A stretch of 64,000 nucleotides of DNA. Source: the human T2T-CHM13v2.0 reference genome, Homo sapiens. The notes under the pieces were generated by a model. It did not search any database, was not told where the DNA came from, and saw only the letters and a program-made list of their open reading frames with translations. The translations under genes and the position numbers were made by a program. This document shows, one piece after another, positions 48,177 to 61,880 of this stretch; the first letter of the stretch is position 1; each line of letters starts with the position of its first letter. The stretch is taken from the NCBI RefSeq assembly GCF_009914755.1, contig NC_060929.1. One strand, 5' to 3'.

Positions 48177-48640
48177 GGGGTCAACGCACTCTCTTTAATG
48201 GGAAGGGGATCGTCATTTCTTACAGCAATAGGTAAAAACATAAATACGGGTGGGTGCGTGGGCGGGCGACGGCGAGATAGCAAAGGCCCGGGCGCCCGGC
48301 CCTGGCTCGCGGAATGGGCGGCCAGATCTCAGGCCCTGCGTGCCCGAGCTCAGTCCCAGTTCCAACCGGGGGTGCCCATGGACTCTCGGAGGGCACTCCT
48401 GGGGGGACAGCTAAGACACCAGGCTGCAGGATCACTCATTGCACGCTGCATAATCGCCGCCACAAACTCTCCCGTGCGCAAGAACAAACGCGCGTGGGAC
48501 AGAAAAAGTTCCTAGGTCTCCGCAGGAGTGAATGCAAAATCCAGGGGACTCAGGGTCATGTTGGGAGCCCCTTCTCCCCCCGAGAGTCAGGGAGCTGTTG
48601 AGGTGGGATCGGTCAGGGTCGCGCCACGCGGGTCCCTTCC
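48177..48640 (-). other. NKX2-5: NKX2-5 3' UTR with ATTAAA polyadenylation signal at 48194-48199
   Basis: tttaat on + strand = ATTAAA on minus, ~440 nt after the stop; U/A-rich TATTTATGTTTTT just upstream. Cleavage site inferred ~15-20 nt downstream. Confidence 0.75.
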
Positions 48641-49330
<690 letters not shown>

Positions 49331-49414
49331 CTACGGAGCGCGGCCGCACAGTAATGGTAAGGCATCCTCGTGGAGGCCACTGTGTCCTGCCTGGAGCGCC
49401 CAGCTGGCTGCGGC

Positions 49415-49536
49415 TCACTCTGCCAAGTGCACTGGGAGCCACCGACACGTCTCACTCAGCATTTGTAGAAAGTCAGGCTGGCTCAAGGCGCTGGAGAACA
49501 AAACGGGAGGTCTCTGCCCTCGGGGCAGTTCACACC
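49415..49536 (-). CDS. NKX2-5: Alternative terminal coding segment giving a 151-aa homeodomain-less NKX2-5 isoform
   Basis: Acceptor tctgtctccctcaccag|GG; spliced to exon 1 it reads GCELPRGQRPPVLFSSALSQPDFLQMLSETCRWLPVHLAE-TGA. Matches my recollection of an annotated short isoform. Confidence 0.75.
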
Positions 49537-49568
49537 CTGGTGAGGGAGACAGACGGTGACTTAAAATT

Positions 49569-49573
49569 TCAGG
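49569..49573 (-). CDS. NKX2-5: Alternative acceptor giving a 112-aa truncated isoform (…KKA-stop)
   Basis: Long T-rich tract (49578-49622 on minus) then tgcag|CC TGA; exon 1 G + CC = Ala followed by stop. Confidence 0.65.
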
Positions 49574-50528
49574 CTGCAAAAAAAAAAAAAAAAAATAAAA
49601 AAATAAAAAAATAAAAATAAAACCAGGTGATGCTCTGGGGTGAACTGAATTAGGGCTAGTTTGGTTTGAGAAGTTAAATGAACAGAGGCCGAGGCCTCAC
49701 TGCTAGGGACGGTCTTATCTCAAAATTAAGGAATCAAGAAACAGAAGGCCAGGGAGTGTTGGTTTGGTGATCGGAGGCTCCAGCCTGGCCGCAGCAGGGT
49801 TTGCGCAGTGTCCAAGAAGCTGCGGGTGGGCAGGCGGCCTCGGAACCTGCCTTGCTGGCTTCCTCGAATTGGTAGCGATCAGTTCTAGCCGCCGTGCCCG
49901 CCCGAATTTGTTCCCAGGCCTCTGCTCCTCAACAAACCTATGAATTCTCTCCCGGCTGGCAGCGGCCCTTCGCCCAGCGCTTCGCCCAGCGCCTGCGGCC
50001 TCCCGGGAATCGCCCGGGCTCCTGCCTTGGGCTGGGGGGTCTCCCAGAAGGCCCCTTTCTGCAGCGGGGCCGGCCTCCCTCCCCGATCCTGGGATGGCCT
50101 GCGGGATGATCCCGCACTCATCTCGTCCACTCCCTTGTGCCCGCGGTAGCGCAGCATTTCCTAACTTTTCCACGAGGGAACCTCTCCGCCCTGGCCGCGC
50201 CGGCAAGTTGTGCTGAAAAAATAAAGTGAAGTCAGATTCCTGAGGGTCCGCAGTATCCCATTTTAAAATCAAGGCCCTCGATCCCAGACTCCACTTTCCT
50301 GGCGCAAAGAAAGAAAGGCACCAGAAACCCGGGTCGTGGGTGGGCTGCAGAAAGAAGGTCCAGGACCCTCCTCCGATTGTACGCAAAAGCTGTCTGGTGA
50401 GCAACATTTCAATTTCTGTTTAGCGGTTCTCATCAGATCTTTAAAAAGATTCGTAAATCCAAAGGAGATTTAAAAACAGAGATTATCTGCTTGTCTCTCT
50501 GTTCTGTCTACCATAAACCGATTTCTCA

Positions 50529-51480
<952 letters not shown>

Positions 51481-52599
51481 TTAAAGGGGCCACGACGCAT
51501 TTGGAAGGGTCTCCTTTTGCTCCTGCAGCCTGCGTTTGCTCCCTAATGTGAGCCTGAAAAGCCTACCAGAGGCATGCAGAGTCAGGCCTCTGGGCAGGGC
51601 TGGATGGGTGTGGGTTTGAAGAAATATTCCTCAGCACCCAAACCAGCATGGGAGAGAGAAGGATGGGGTGGGAAGCGGTGGGGAGGAGAGTGATTTGAGG
51701 AAGGCTTTATTACTGAAGGTGGTGGGATGAGGGAGAGTCTGAATAGGAAGAGAAGCCTGGAGGACAGGGCTGGCTTTGGGGATAGCAGCAGGGCGAGATT
51801 CTGGACAATTCGGGGGTTTGGTTTGGCTTGGCCTACAGGGTCAGTCATGCCGCAGGCTCTGGGTGCTTCTGGGCGAGTCAACGAAAGTAAGGGCAAGGTG
51901 AGTGATGGCCAGGTGGGGTAGGAGTTGCTGCCTCCTACAGTAGTGTTATGCACAGCACAACTCCAGGGGGCATCAGTCACTGCCAGTACCCTCCCAGGGA
52001 AATGCCTCTCCCCTTAATAATGAAATAAATCAGGAATCCCAGCTGGTAAGCTCAGCTTCCCAGGAGACACCTGTCTTGTGGAGTGCCCCAGCTACCAGCC
52101 ACCTTGTTTCCCCTGTTTGGAGGCCATCGATCCCACCTCCCTCCTTCCCGTGCCCTCCCTGCCTGGCAGCAAGGCCCTCAGGCTTCTGCCAACCTCGAGG
52201 TTTCAGGGTCCTAGCCCAGGTTTAGCTCTCAGGGAGGCGGGGCTCCTCTGAGCCCAGCTAGGCCAGGATTTCTCTGAGGCCTCTGGGCCGGACTTCCAGT
52301 GGGGCACCCCTGCGGCTCGGTCAGGCGCGTGGGGGAAGGGCAGGGCAAGTGGGGTGATCATGATCATTTTTAGCCCAGGGTCAGTAGAGTAGGGCACAGA
52401 AGTCAGACAAATCTGCCAGAGTTTCAGGAGCGCCAGCTACATGGCCAGATCCTGCCCGGGTGGCCTCATTTCTCTGGGTCCCCGCACTCCTTGGGAGGTC
52501 TGATGAAAGCTTGGGGTCTTCTCCATTCCCCAGAACACTGCAGAGAGGAGTTTTATTTTGCTTACAATTCAGGAGTCCGGGCAGGCAGAGCGGGCCCAG

Positions 52600-53660
52600 G
52601 TTAAGGACGCCTTCTAGAGCTGGGGATGACAGGATTTGTCAGTGGAAAAGCGTTGGCTTCTCACGGCCCTAGCTGGTACAGGGAACCGCGGGCGGGAAGC
52701 TGGGCGGGACGCGTGGACTTGCTGAGAATGGGGATGTGGAGGGCTTGGCTCTTTGCGGAGTGCGGGTTGGCAAGAGGCGCTTGGAGTAGAATAAAGGCGG
52801 CGCAGGGCCAAAAACTACCTAAAGACACAGCTCCCGCAGGCGCGCCCAAGGTGCGGAGGAAACGCTCCATGTATGGGGACAAAATAGTGTCTGTCCAGAA
52901 CGTACATCTTGGGTGCTCAAACCCGACAGTGTGCCGTCTGAGACGCCGACGCAAGTGAAGTCAAGCATTGGCCTGATGTTGGGACTTTTCCTGTCCCTCA
53001 TCAAAGCCACACTCCCAGGACCTGGGGCCTCCATGCTGGGGAGAGAGGTGAGCCCCGCAGGGCAGCCCAGGAGGCGCGCAACGCCCTGACCCCGGCTTCT
53101 AGGCGCCAGCCGTCAGTAACAGGCCTGGGCTGCCACGCCGAAATCACGCCTCGAGTTTCTGAGCCAGGGACTACTGGGGGTCTGGAATTGTTAGTCTAGT
53201 CTGTGGAGGATGCCTTTTCTTAAATGTGGGGCATTCAAGGCCCAGGAAACCTCGTCCCCCCACCTCTTCACCTCCCAACCCAAATTCTCCTTGGACGGAG
53301 CTGCATGTCAGCGGCCTTGCGGCCCTTCCTCGCCTGGACTTTTGGCCACGTTACCGTTATGGCTGTAAATTAACCTAGCTTGGGGGCCCGCCTTGCCTTT
53401 GAAGATTGTTTTCGAGCGCGGGCGGGGGGGGTGTCGTTGGAGAGGATGCCTATCGCCGAGGCGGTGACGTCTGGCAAACGAGCCACATCCGATTCAATTA
53501 AATGTCTCGCTGAAAAGAGCTCGGAACGAGGGTCCTGGGAGCGCTGTTAAGTGAATCTGCTGGCCAGGCGGCTCGCGATGACAGTTTGAAAGATTAGTGT
53601 GAGCGGACGCCTGAAATATTACCGTTTAATGGGGGACATCGAGGCTACATCCGGGATCCC
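52600..53660. promoter_or_regulatory. CpG-rich upstream regulatory region
   Basis: CG-dense, repeat-free; homeodomain-type cores (caattaa, tttaatgg) and TGACAG near 53580. Confidence 0.55.
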
Positions 53661-54379
53661 TGTTTTTAGTAAGGTTTTTTTTTTTTTTTTTGAGAGCTCT
53701 GGAGAAAGAAAAAAATTAGCATTGCCCTTGCAAATCAAGGTGGCAAGGATTTATTTCCTATTTTCGGGTAAGGGGGCTTCCTAGAACTGTCAGTCCTGTG
53801 GGTCAGGTGTTACAAAAAGGGAAGGAAAAAAAACTCTCCCTATTTGAACAAGATCAGTGACTGTTACACTCTCTATGCTCTTTGTGAATCGGGTAATGAT
53901 TTCTCTTGGCTTCCAAAAAGGTCTTGGTGTTGCAGGAGAGAGGAGATGGGGCAAAAACGGACAAATACGTGCAAAATAGAAATTGGGGCGACCCATGCTG
54001 GTCTCCTTAGAGGAAAGTCCGAGAGCCATTTGCAGCTTTTCTTTCCAGTCCTCACTGTTTCCGAGTGAGTTAAAAAAAAATCCCTCTAAATAGATCTAAA
54101 TAGAAATTGCAATAGTTGGGGGTTGGGTGGGAGGAAACTTGATTCTCTGGCCCCCAACAGGGACACATCTTTTTTTCCCAAGGGCCGCTGACCCAACCTG
54201 GCCGCCTCTCTGCGCCGCACTTTGACCAAACTAGCAGGACAAACAAACAGCCTTCAGCCTAGAGAAAGGCAGAGAGAGACAAAAGGAGAGAGAAGAGATC
54301 GAAAATCTATCTGTGTATTTCCTTGACTTTTAAAGAGTTGGTGCTTTAAGATAATCCAAATTCCAGGGTGGCTCGAGCG

Positions 54380-54800
54380 CATTCTCCGTGAATAAATTAT
54401 TATTAATTGAAAAGCGATCGGCGCAGCCGGAGCCGGCCCCCCTTTCGTGCAATCAGCAGGGCTGGTCGCAAAAGGTATATATGATTAATTGAAAGATAAG
54501 CTGGAACTATCACCGGGAATGTCATTAATGCGCTGGGGAGACGTCCATTGGAGACAGGCGGCGTTATCCGCGGCTTTATCTTCAACAACGCCTCGCTCTC
54601 GGCCCGCGCGGGGGAAACAGATGGGAGTTTCTGTCTGGGACGCTCGCCCCATGTTTATATTTTGGGAAGAATCGCAACTCGTGGGAGTCCCCGGCTGGCC
54701 CCCTGATAAATGAACATTAGCACTTTTTCGGACTACTGTATCAACAAAGGGGCTGCGGCGCTGCAATAATTGGCGAGAAAGCAAACAGAGGGCCGAGAGC
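54380..54800. promoter_or_regulatory. Proximal (~-3 kb) enhancer, probable orthologue of the mouse Nkx2-5 AR2 GATA/Smad enhancer
   Basis: AGATAA 54494-54499, CTATCA 54507-54512, TTATCT ~54576-54581, TGATAA 54704-54709, AGAC at 54539 and 54552 next to GGCGGC, several TAAT/ATTA cores; distance from the promoter matches the known ~-3 kb element. Confidence 0.75.
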
Positions 54801-54860
54801 GCGACTCTGCTCTTCGTCCGGCTGATGGATGAGCAGCTCCGGCTGCGCGCCGGACTCCCG

Positions 54861-54898
54861 GCCTCGGCCTCCGCCTCCGCCTCCGCCTCCGCCTCCGC
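54861..54898. repeat. (GCCTCC)n hexamer repeat within a CpG island
   Basis: gcctcg followed by five gcctcc units. Confidence 0.9.
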
Positions 54899-55574
54899 GC
54901 CGGGGCCGGCCACTGGGCCCCTCCGCCGCCCGGCTTCCTTCCTGGCCGGGAGTTGGGGGCGGGGGGCGACTCTGAGGGCCGCCGACCTCGCCCTTGGCTC
55001 CGGAAGAGTCCAGGCGGCCTCCGCGGCACCGGATTTTTCCTGCCTCGGGACTCGCCTCATTCAGGTGGCTCAGCTGGCACCAAATCCTTCTCATTTCCAC
55101 GCTTGTTCAGTGCCCACGGGGTGTGCCAGGCGCTCTCACGGATCTCGTCACGGATCCTCTTATTCCGACTGCAGGCCTGAGGAGAATGAGGTTCAGAGAC
55201 GTGGAGTAAGTTGCTCAGGGTCACACAGATGGGAAAGGACAGTGTCAGGGTGTTAGGATTCGAACACACAGCTGACTGCACAGCTGAGACTGTTTTCTTT
55301 TATTACACGTCGCTGCGCCCAAGACCGTACCAACTGGAGGAAGAGCAAGACCCCCACCATCACCCCCCACCCCGCAGCCAGGGGAGAGGACCAGGCTGTT
55401 GGATTTGAGATGCCAGGTCTCCCCAACCTTCATAGACAAGGGAGATTTCCTGCATAAAGTTCATTTGAGAAAGAGAGGGGGAGAGAGGAATTTAACATGC
55501 GTTCATTTCACTTCCGCCTTCCCCTCCCCTCGCTCTCCCACTTTTCCTTTCCCTTCTCCCTTCCCTCTCCTATT

Positions 55575-56035
55575 TTGATAACAGCTTTATCGAGATATAA
55601 TTCGCATACCATACAATCCACCCATTTAAAGTATACAGTTCAGTGATTTTTAGTATGTCCACAGAGTTGTGAAACCAACACCACAATTTTAGAACATTTT
55701 TATCACCCCAAAAACAAACTTGTGGTCTTTAGCCATCAACTCCAATCCCCTCTCCTACCTTCCCAGCCCTAGGCAACTGCTAATCTATTTTCTGCCCCTA
55801 TAGATTTGCCTGTTCTGGACATTTCATACAAATGGAATCATACAATATGTGGCTGTTTGTGTCTCGCAGCGTTCACTTAACATAATGTTTTCAAAGTTCG
55901 TCCATGCTGTAGCACGTATCAGCATCTTGTTCCTTTTAATGGCTGAACAATATTCCATTGTATGTCTATGCCACACTTCGTCCATTCATCACTTGGTAAA
56001 CATTTGGGTTATTTCCACATTTTGTCTATTATGAA
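55575..56035 (-). mobile_element. L1MB-like 3' end
   Basis: aacagctttatcgagatataattc…tggacatttcatacaaatggaatcatacaatatgtgg. Confidence 0.88.
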
Positions 56036-56119
56036 TACCCCTCCAGCCCACTTCTACCTTACAGTCTGAAGCTTTAGAGTCCTTGAAAGGGCCCTTCCCC
56101 CTCCTCCATAATTAACCCT

Positions 56120-56275
56120 ATCCTTCATGGGCATGGCATCTGTGCAGTCTCACAGGGCCTGAGCTTGGTTTAATGTTCCGCTGTTGCTGTCTTAAAACTC
56201 TTCATAAGTTTTTAAGCAGAGTCTCCACATTTCTATTTTGCGCTGAGCCCACAAACTATGTAGTCAATCCTGCTT
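56120..56275. mobile_element. MER91-like DNA transposon remnant
   Basis: ttcatgggcat…gcttggtttaatg…ttttgcgctgagcccacaaactatgtag. Confidence 0.5.
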
Positions 56276-57099
56276 TCTGGGCTGTCTGAGCAGAGCACTG
56301 GAAATACTAACTCTCTATTGCCTAGCTGGGTTTTGGCTTCCTTCCCTCACCCCCCACCCCTCCCCAGCCCCCTGCTAGCCAGCTAGGACAGACAGAAAGT
56401 CTCCAAGCTGCTTTAAGAGCTGTCCATGGAAACTTGCTCAGCCATAGGAAGGGCCTAGAGCCCACAGAAGGAAAGAGCAGATCCACATGGCTAGTGGATA
56501 CTGTGCGTATGTGTGTGTGTGTGTGTGTGTGTGTGGCTGTGAGGGGAGAGGCTAAAAGAGTGGACCGTAGCTTTCACCCAGCTGCCAAGTGACTCCACAG
56601 CTTGGTCACTGTTGGATTCTTGGCCTGATTTTCTCCATCCCTTCACCTACATTGAGTGGGTGCCCACTATGTACCAGGTGCTGGGGTTGCACAGCCCAAG
56701 ATGCACAGACCCTGAAAAAGGCAGGCGTGTGTCAGAAAGAGCGCTGGCCTCTGAGCCCGCGGTGGGTGTGGTCCTGCCTTTTCAGCAGTTGGCTCATCTT
56801 GAGCATGTCTCTTTTCCTGTCTGGTCCCCAGTTTTGTGTCTGTCTCCTTGGTGGTATGAGGTGTACACAGCGTTCCTTTCCAGCGACACTATCCTGGGAG
56901 ACATCCCAGGTTGTTACCTGAACTCACCTGGACAGTGGGCAGAGGTAGACAGGCACGTGGGTAGTTGTCTAACCAACAAAGTAAAACTGGTTAAGATGAG
57001 AAGTCCCCGCCAATTGCAATATTATGCTATTTGGGGTGGGGGGAGGGATGGTCTATATGACAATATGCTTTCAAAATAAAATGATGTTAACGTAAGGAA

Positions 57100-58080
57100 A
57101 ATGTGATGGATTTTTCTTATACCAAATACATTCAATTTCAGATAGATCAAACATTTGGACGTTAAAAATGAAACACAAAAGTGCTACAGATAATTAAAAT
57201 AATAATTTTGGAGTGCTTTTATATTTGAGAGGGGGATTAAGAGAACAAAAGACCTAGAAACTATAAAAGATGAATTATATAAACCTGATTGCATAAAAAT
57301 AAATCTGTGCACAGCAAAAATACCATTAATAGAATCCAACAGAAAACTGTACTCAGGAAAAATGCTAGAAATACATGACAAAGTACTGATTTCCACAATT
57401 TGGAAAGAATACCTGTAAATCAATAAGAAAATGATCCAGCAAAAATATTTGAAAAATGACCAAGAGTATCAGAGCCTTGCTGGAAAAAATAAAAAGAAAT
57501 AAAGAAATGCAAATTGAAACACAGAGAGGCAAATGTTTTTACTTATCAGACTGACGAAGATCAAAAAGTGTAATAGTTGCCTCGTCATGCTTCTACATTG
57601 TAAACTGGTAAACCTCTTTGGAGCAATGTGGTACTGCCAAAATTAAAAATGAATAAGCTCTTTGAACAAATATTTTCATTTCTAGGATTCCATTCTATAG
57701 GTATATACATATATGCAAAGAAAAGTATTTTCATCACCGTTTTTAATTTTTTTAAGAATCAAAACATGTTAAAAAAACCAGTGTATATATACCTGAGGAC
57801 TGGTTAAAAAATTATGTTGTACCAATAGAACAGAATACCATATGCCATGAGAAAGAATTAGTTCCATTCATATGTATTCTTATGGATATGTTTTGAGATA
57901 CTTTAAATAGCAAACCAGGTGCAGAATTTGTATTTTAAATATGGGCATATGTACACATATGGTTCACATGTGGGGTTTTTTGGTGATGAAAACTTCAGGG
58001 GAAGAATAATTGGGGGGCAAGTCAAGAATAAACATGACAGTTTCCGTAATACACTTTTTGGAACAGGTTCCTTGTTACTT
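57100..58080 (+). mobile_element. Highly diverged L1 (L1ME-like) fragment
   Basis: AT-rich, A-biased with ORF2-like remnants (aaatgcaaattgaaac, tgtaaactggta, tttctaggat). Confidence 0.6.
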
Positions 58081-59879
58081 TTGGGGCTGTAGAAATATCT
58101 AGGCCAGAATCCTCTGAGGTACATATTAAAAATGCAGATTTCTGGGGCCCATCCTAATCTTGGAGTTTAAGAATCAAAGGTGTGTGTATGGTTTGAGACA
58201 GGCAGCCGAAGCAGCGGTGCAGTGAACTCTCTGTGAAGGGGTGGCAGCGGAGCCCGTGGTGTAGGAAGACTGTGCAGGGTGGTCAGCGGAGCCCTAGAGA
58301 GAGGGGAGGAAGGGTGGCCTTTGTCTAGTAGTATCTGGGAACAGGACCCTGGTGGCACTGGCTGCCCTCAAGATCTCTCCTGACTTGTGGTTTGGTCTTG
58401 GGGTCTTGGACAGTATGAGTCAAGGGAGGGGGCAGGTATAGACAAACTAGAGGGCAGGCCCAAGTCTTGTGGTCACTGAGGATGCAGAGCCTGGTCCCTG
58501 TGAGAAGGTGGCAAAGTGGGAAGATGGAACTGGCTTGTGGCCTTGGTAGCCCCACCCGGGCGCTCCCCGCAGGCCAGCAGAGGAGTTTAGCAGTTCCTAG
58601 ATTTCCTGACCCCTGGCCTTCAGCCCACTGTCCTTCCCTCTCCTGAGAGTCAGCCTCTAAAAATCTCTCTGAAATAGCCCTGCATCTGAACCAGATCTGG
58701 AATCTGACCTAACAAGGTTGAAGTGACTTTCCTGTCTGGGGCCGGGGTAGGGGTGTAAATGGAAATATTTCATACCTAGTTTCTCCAAACACGGTGGGGA
58801 CTCTTGTAGCCACTGATCCTGGCAGCTCCCTGAAGTGTGGGGTCTGCCCAGCGGTGGCACAGCCTGGAGCCTCTCAGGCCAGCAGGGACTCCAGCTGCAG
58901 GGGGCACCACTCTCATCCGCCGGTGAGATCTGAGGTTCCTGTCCGGGCCTGGCCTTCCCCCACAGCGCAGCCGGCCACCACATCTTTGCTGCAAGCGGGA
59001 CTGTGTGCTGCTTACCGGCTGGGACTCAACATCCAGGGAGCATTTGGTCCTCCCACGCCTGTGGCCTTCAGTAGCCAGTCCCAAGGAGATGACAGCCACA
59101 CACACCACACGTAACCACTGGATAAGTTTTGGGTCCTCATTTCTCGTTGATGTTAAACACATGAGCAAAAAAACCAAAAAAACAAAGCGGAACGACATTC
59201 ATTTCCAAAATATTTTATGAGCTTGGACAGCGAGTGCTTATTCTTATCCCTCTAACAGGATGCACCAGTGTCTCTTGTTCCCGCTTTTGTTGGTTTCCTT
59301 AACAATGGTTTTACATTTACATCAGTCACTCTGCTAATGATATATTTTTGAATAAATAATACATCATAAGAACAAAACCAAACCAAAACGAACATGCCTA
59401 AGAGGGAGATCAATGTAAAGTGTCCCAAGCCTCTCCCCCAGCCACCCAGGCAAAGCTGTTACCTGGCTTATTTAGGTTTAAAATCCACTTTATTGAGGTC
59501 TAATGTACCTAGAACAAAAGTGTACAGTTCGATGAGTCTTGACACTTGGATGTGCACCCCCATAACAGCCACCATAATCAAGATACAAAAACATTTACGT
59601 CACCTCAAAAATGCTTCCTTCTCCCCTTCTCAGCTAATCCCCACTCCCTCCCAAGCTGCCACTGGTTTTAAAAATATATCCTCTTAGAGACTTTTTTTTT
59701 TGCAAATTTAAAACATATTATAGGATGTATATATATACACATATTTTCTGAGAGCAATTACGTTTCACAAACTCCTTTGCATTTTGTCCTTGTCAGTTTT
59801 GTTTTGTTGTAAGTCAGTTTTCTTATGCTCTGGGGAGTATGTTTCCCAACCCGAATTTGTCCTGGATTAGTGGATATGA

Positions 59880-60950
59880 TCCGCTTTCAAACTAGTGTTA
59901 GGGTTTGCCTCGGATTCCGAGGATCCGAGGGAGTCGCTTTCAGACTTCCGGTGTCCTTTCGCGTTAATTTCGTCCTCTTTTCTTCTCTGGGCTGGGGCTG
60001 GTGGCTGCCACATCCCACCCCTTCTGCCCCGACGGCTGCAAACCGCTTCAGCCAAAACGGGCGGAGAGGCGGAGAGAATCGAGACGCTGGAATCAGTTCC
60101 TCGGAGTCCCGTCGCTGGAGGTCACAGCTGGGAAAATCAGGTGACATTCGAGTCAGATGGACAACGACTCAGATACAGTGAAGAGGAAAATGGTTGTCCT
60201 GGGGCTGGTTCGCGCCTGCCCGGCGGGTGTGAAGCCCGGGGAACCGCGACTTTGGAAGAACCTTCGGCTTGGCGGTTCAGGTTTGGGAAAAGAGAGCTGG
60301 CGAACTGCCGCCTGTTTTTGTGCCCGCGCGGGGGACCAGCCGGGCCGACGGCAGCGCTGCGGGTGGGTTGGGTCGTCGGCCGCCGCTCCCCGGAGAGGTG
60401 AAGAGTCGCACCTACCACCGGGCAGCCTCCGCGGCTCTGGCCGAAACCCCGGCTGGCCGCAGCTCCGGGAGCCCCCAGCCCTGTGCTGCTGCGGCCGGCT
60501 CAGTGCTGAATTGATGCTGGAAACGGCTGGCCAGCGGGCCTAGGGTCGCCGCCTTTCCCTCCTCGCCTCTTCCTTCCTTCCGGGTCGTGCCCTCCAACCT
60601 GCTGTGCGTTACCGCAGCCAAGTTTCCACCGCCCGGCGGAGCGCATTGTGAACAGCAGCTGACAAATTGTTGTGTTGCACACACACACCAAAAAAACCCA
60701 TTCAGTCTCGTATAATTCGGCGCAAGCGGTGTCTGTGGAGAGCCTCCCGGGGGCATGGCACGGGGGACCCGGAGGCCAACAAGCTGCGCGATACCGGAGC
60801 AAAGTCGGGATCAGCAGCCGCCTTTCGCGGAGGGCGTTCTGCGCTCCAAGCAAATTGGCGAAATGCGGGGATTCAGACACGAAACGAGCGCGCTAGAAAG
60901 GGTCGTGTTGACACATCCCATACTTTAAGTGTACACATGACAGTTGCAGA
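59880..60950. promoter_or_regulatory. Distal upstream CpG island (~-9 kb)
   Basis: CG-dense unique sequence; motif run CATTGT-CAGCTG-TGACA at ~60644-60665. Confidence 0.7.
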
Positions 60951-60995
60951 CATTCAAGCCCTTAAAAGGAGCACAATGGAGCGTTTACATTTTAG

Positions 60996-61376
<381 letters not shown>

Positions 61377-61689
61377 TGATGTGCTTTAAATTCGCTAAAA
61401 CGACACGGGTACACACAGGCGCCCTAAGTGCACAGTCACTTTCTCTGTGTGTGCGTGTTTTACGCGCATACGGTGAAAAAAAACTTTCCAAGGGCACAGA
61501 AGACCATACTGTGGGTGCCCCTCGCCGCCCCCAGCGTCCCTGCCGCACTCTGGAGCTGCTCTGGGAACACACACGTTTGTGCACTCTAAGCGTCAGTGTG
61601 TTTTTGCTTTCCCCGCGCCGAATTGTGCGTCGCCTGTGCAGACCCTCCGTTGTGTGGCCTTGTGTCTTTAGGCAGGGAACATCTTTTGT

Positions 61690-61880
61690 CTCTCCGCAAG
61701 AAGCTTTCCTCCAGGAAAGATAAAGTAATCGATAGGGTCTTTTAAATAGCTCCGCGTTTCCTGTCGGGAGAGGAGTATCAGCGCGCGCACCAAATCTGCT
61801 CTGGTATGTCACCTTATCTCTCGTCCCCGCTGTTGTCCCCAAACGCCGCCTGTCAAAGGAGACGCCACCCGCATTAGGAC
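61690..61880. promoter_or_regulatory. Distal (~-10 kb) GATA-cluster enhancer, probable orthologue of the mouse AR1 cardiac enhancer
   Basis: AGATAA 61718-61723, CGATAG 61730-61735, MEF2-like ttttaaatag 61740-61749, GTATCA 61775-61780, TCACCT overlapping TTATCT 61809-61819; lies inside a CpG island (61400-62500). Confidence 0.65.

Noticed and set aside
49715-50407. 230-aa intronic ORF and other 100-200 aa ORFs in CpG islands (54485-55060, 59895-60401, 62139-62753)
   Set aside because: Stop-codon depletion in GC-rich DNA; no homology or splice structure recognised.
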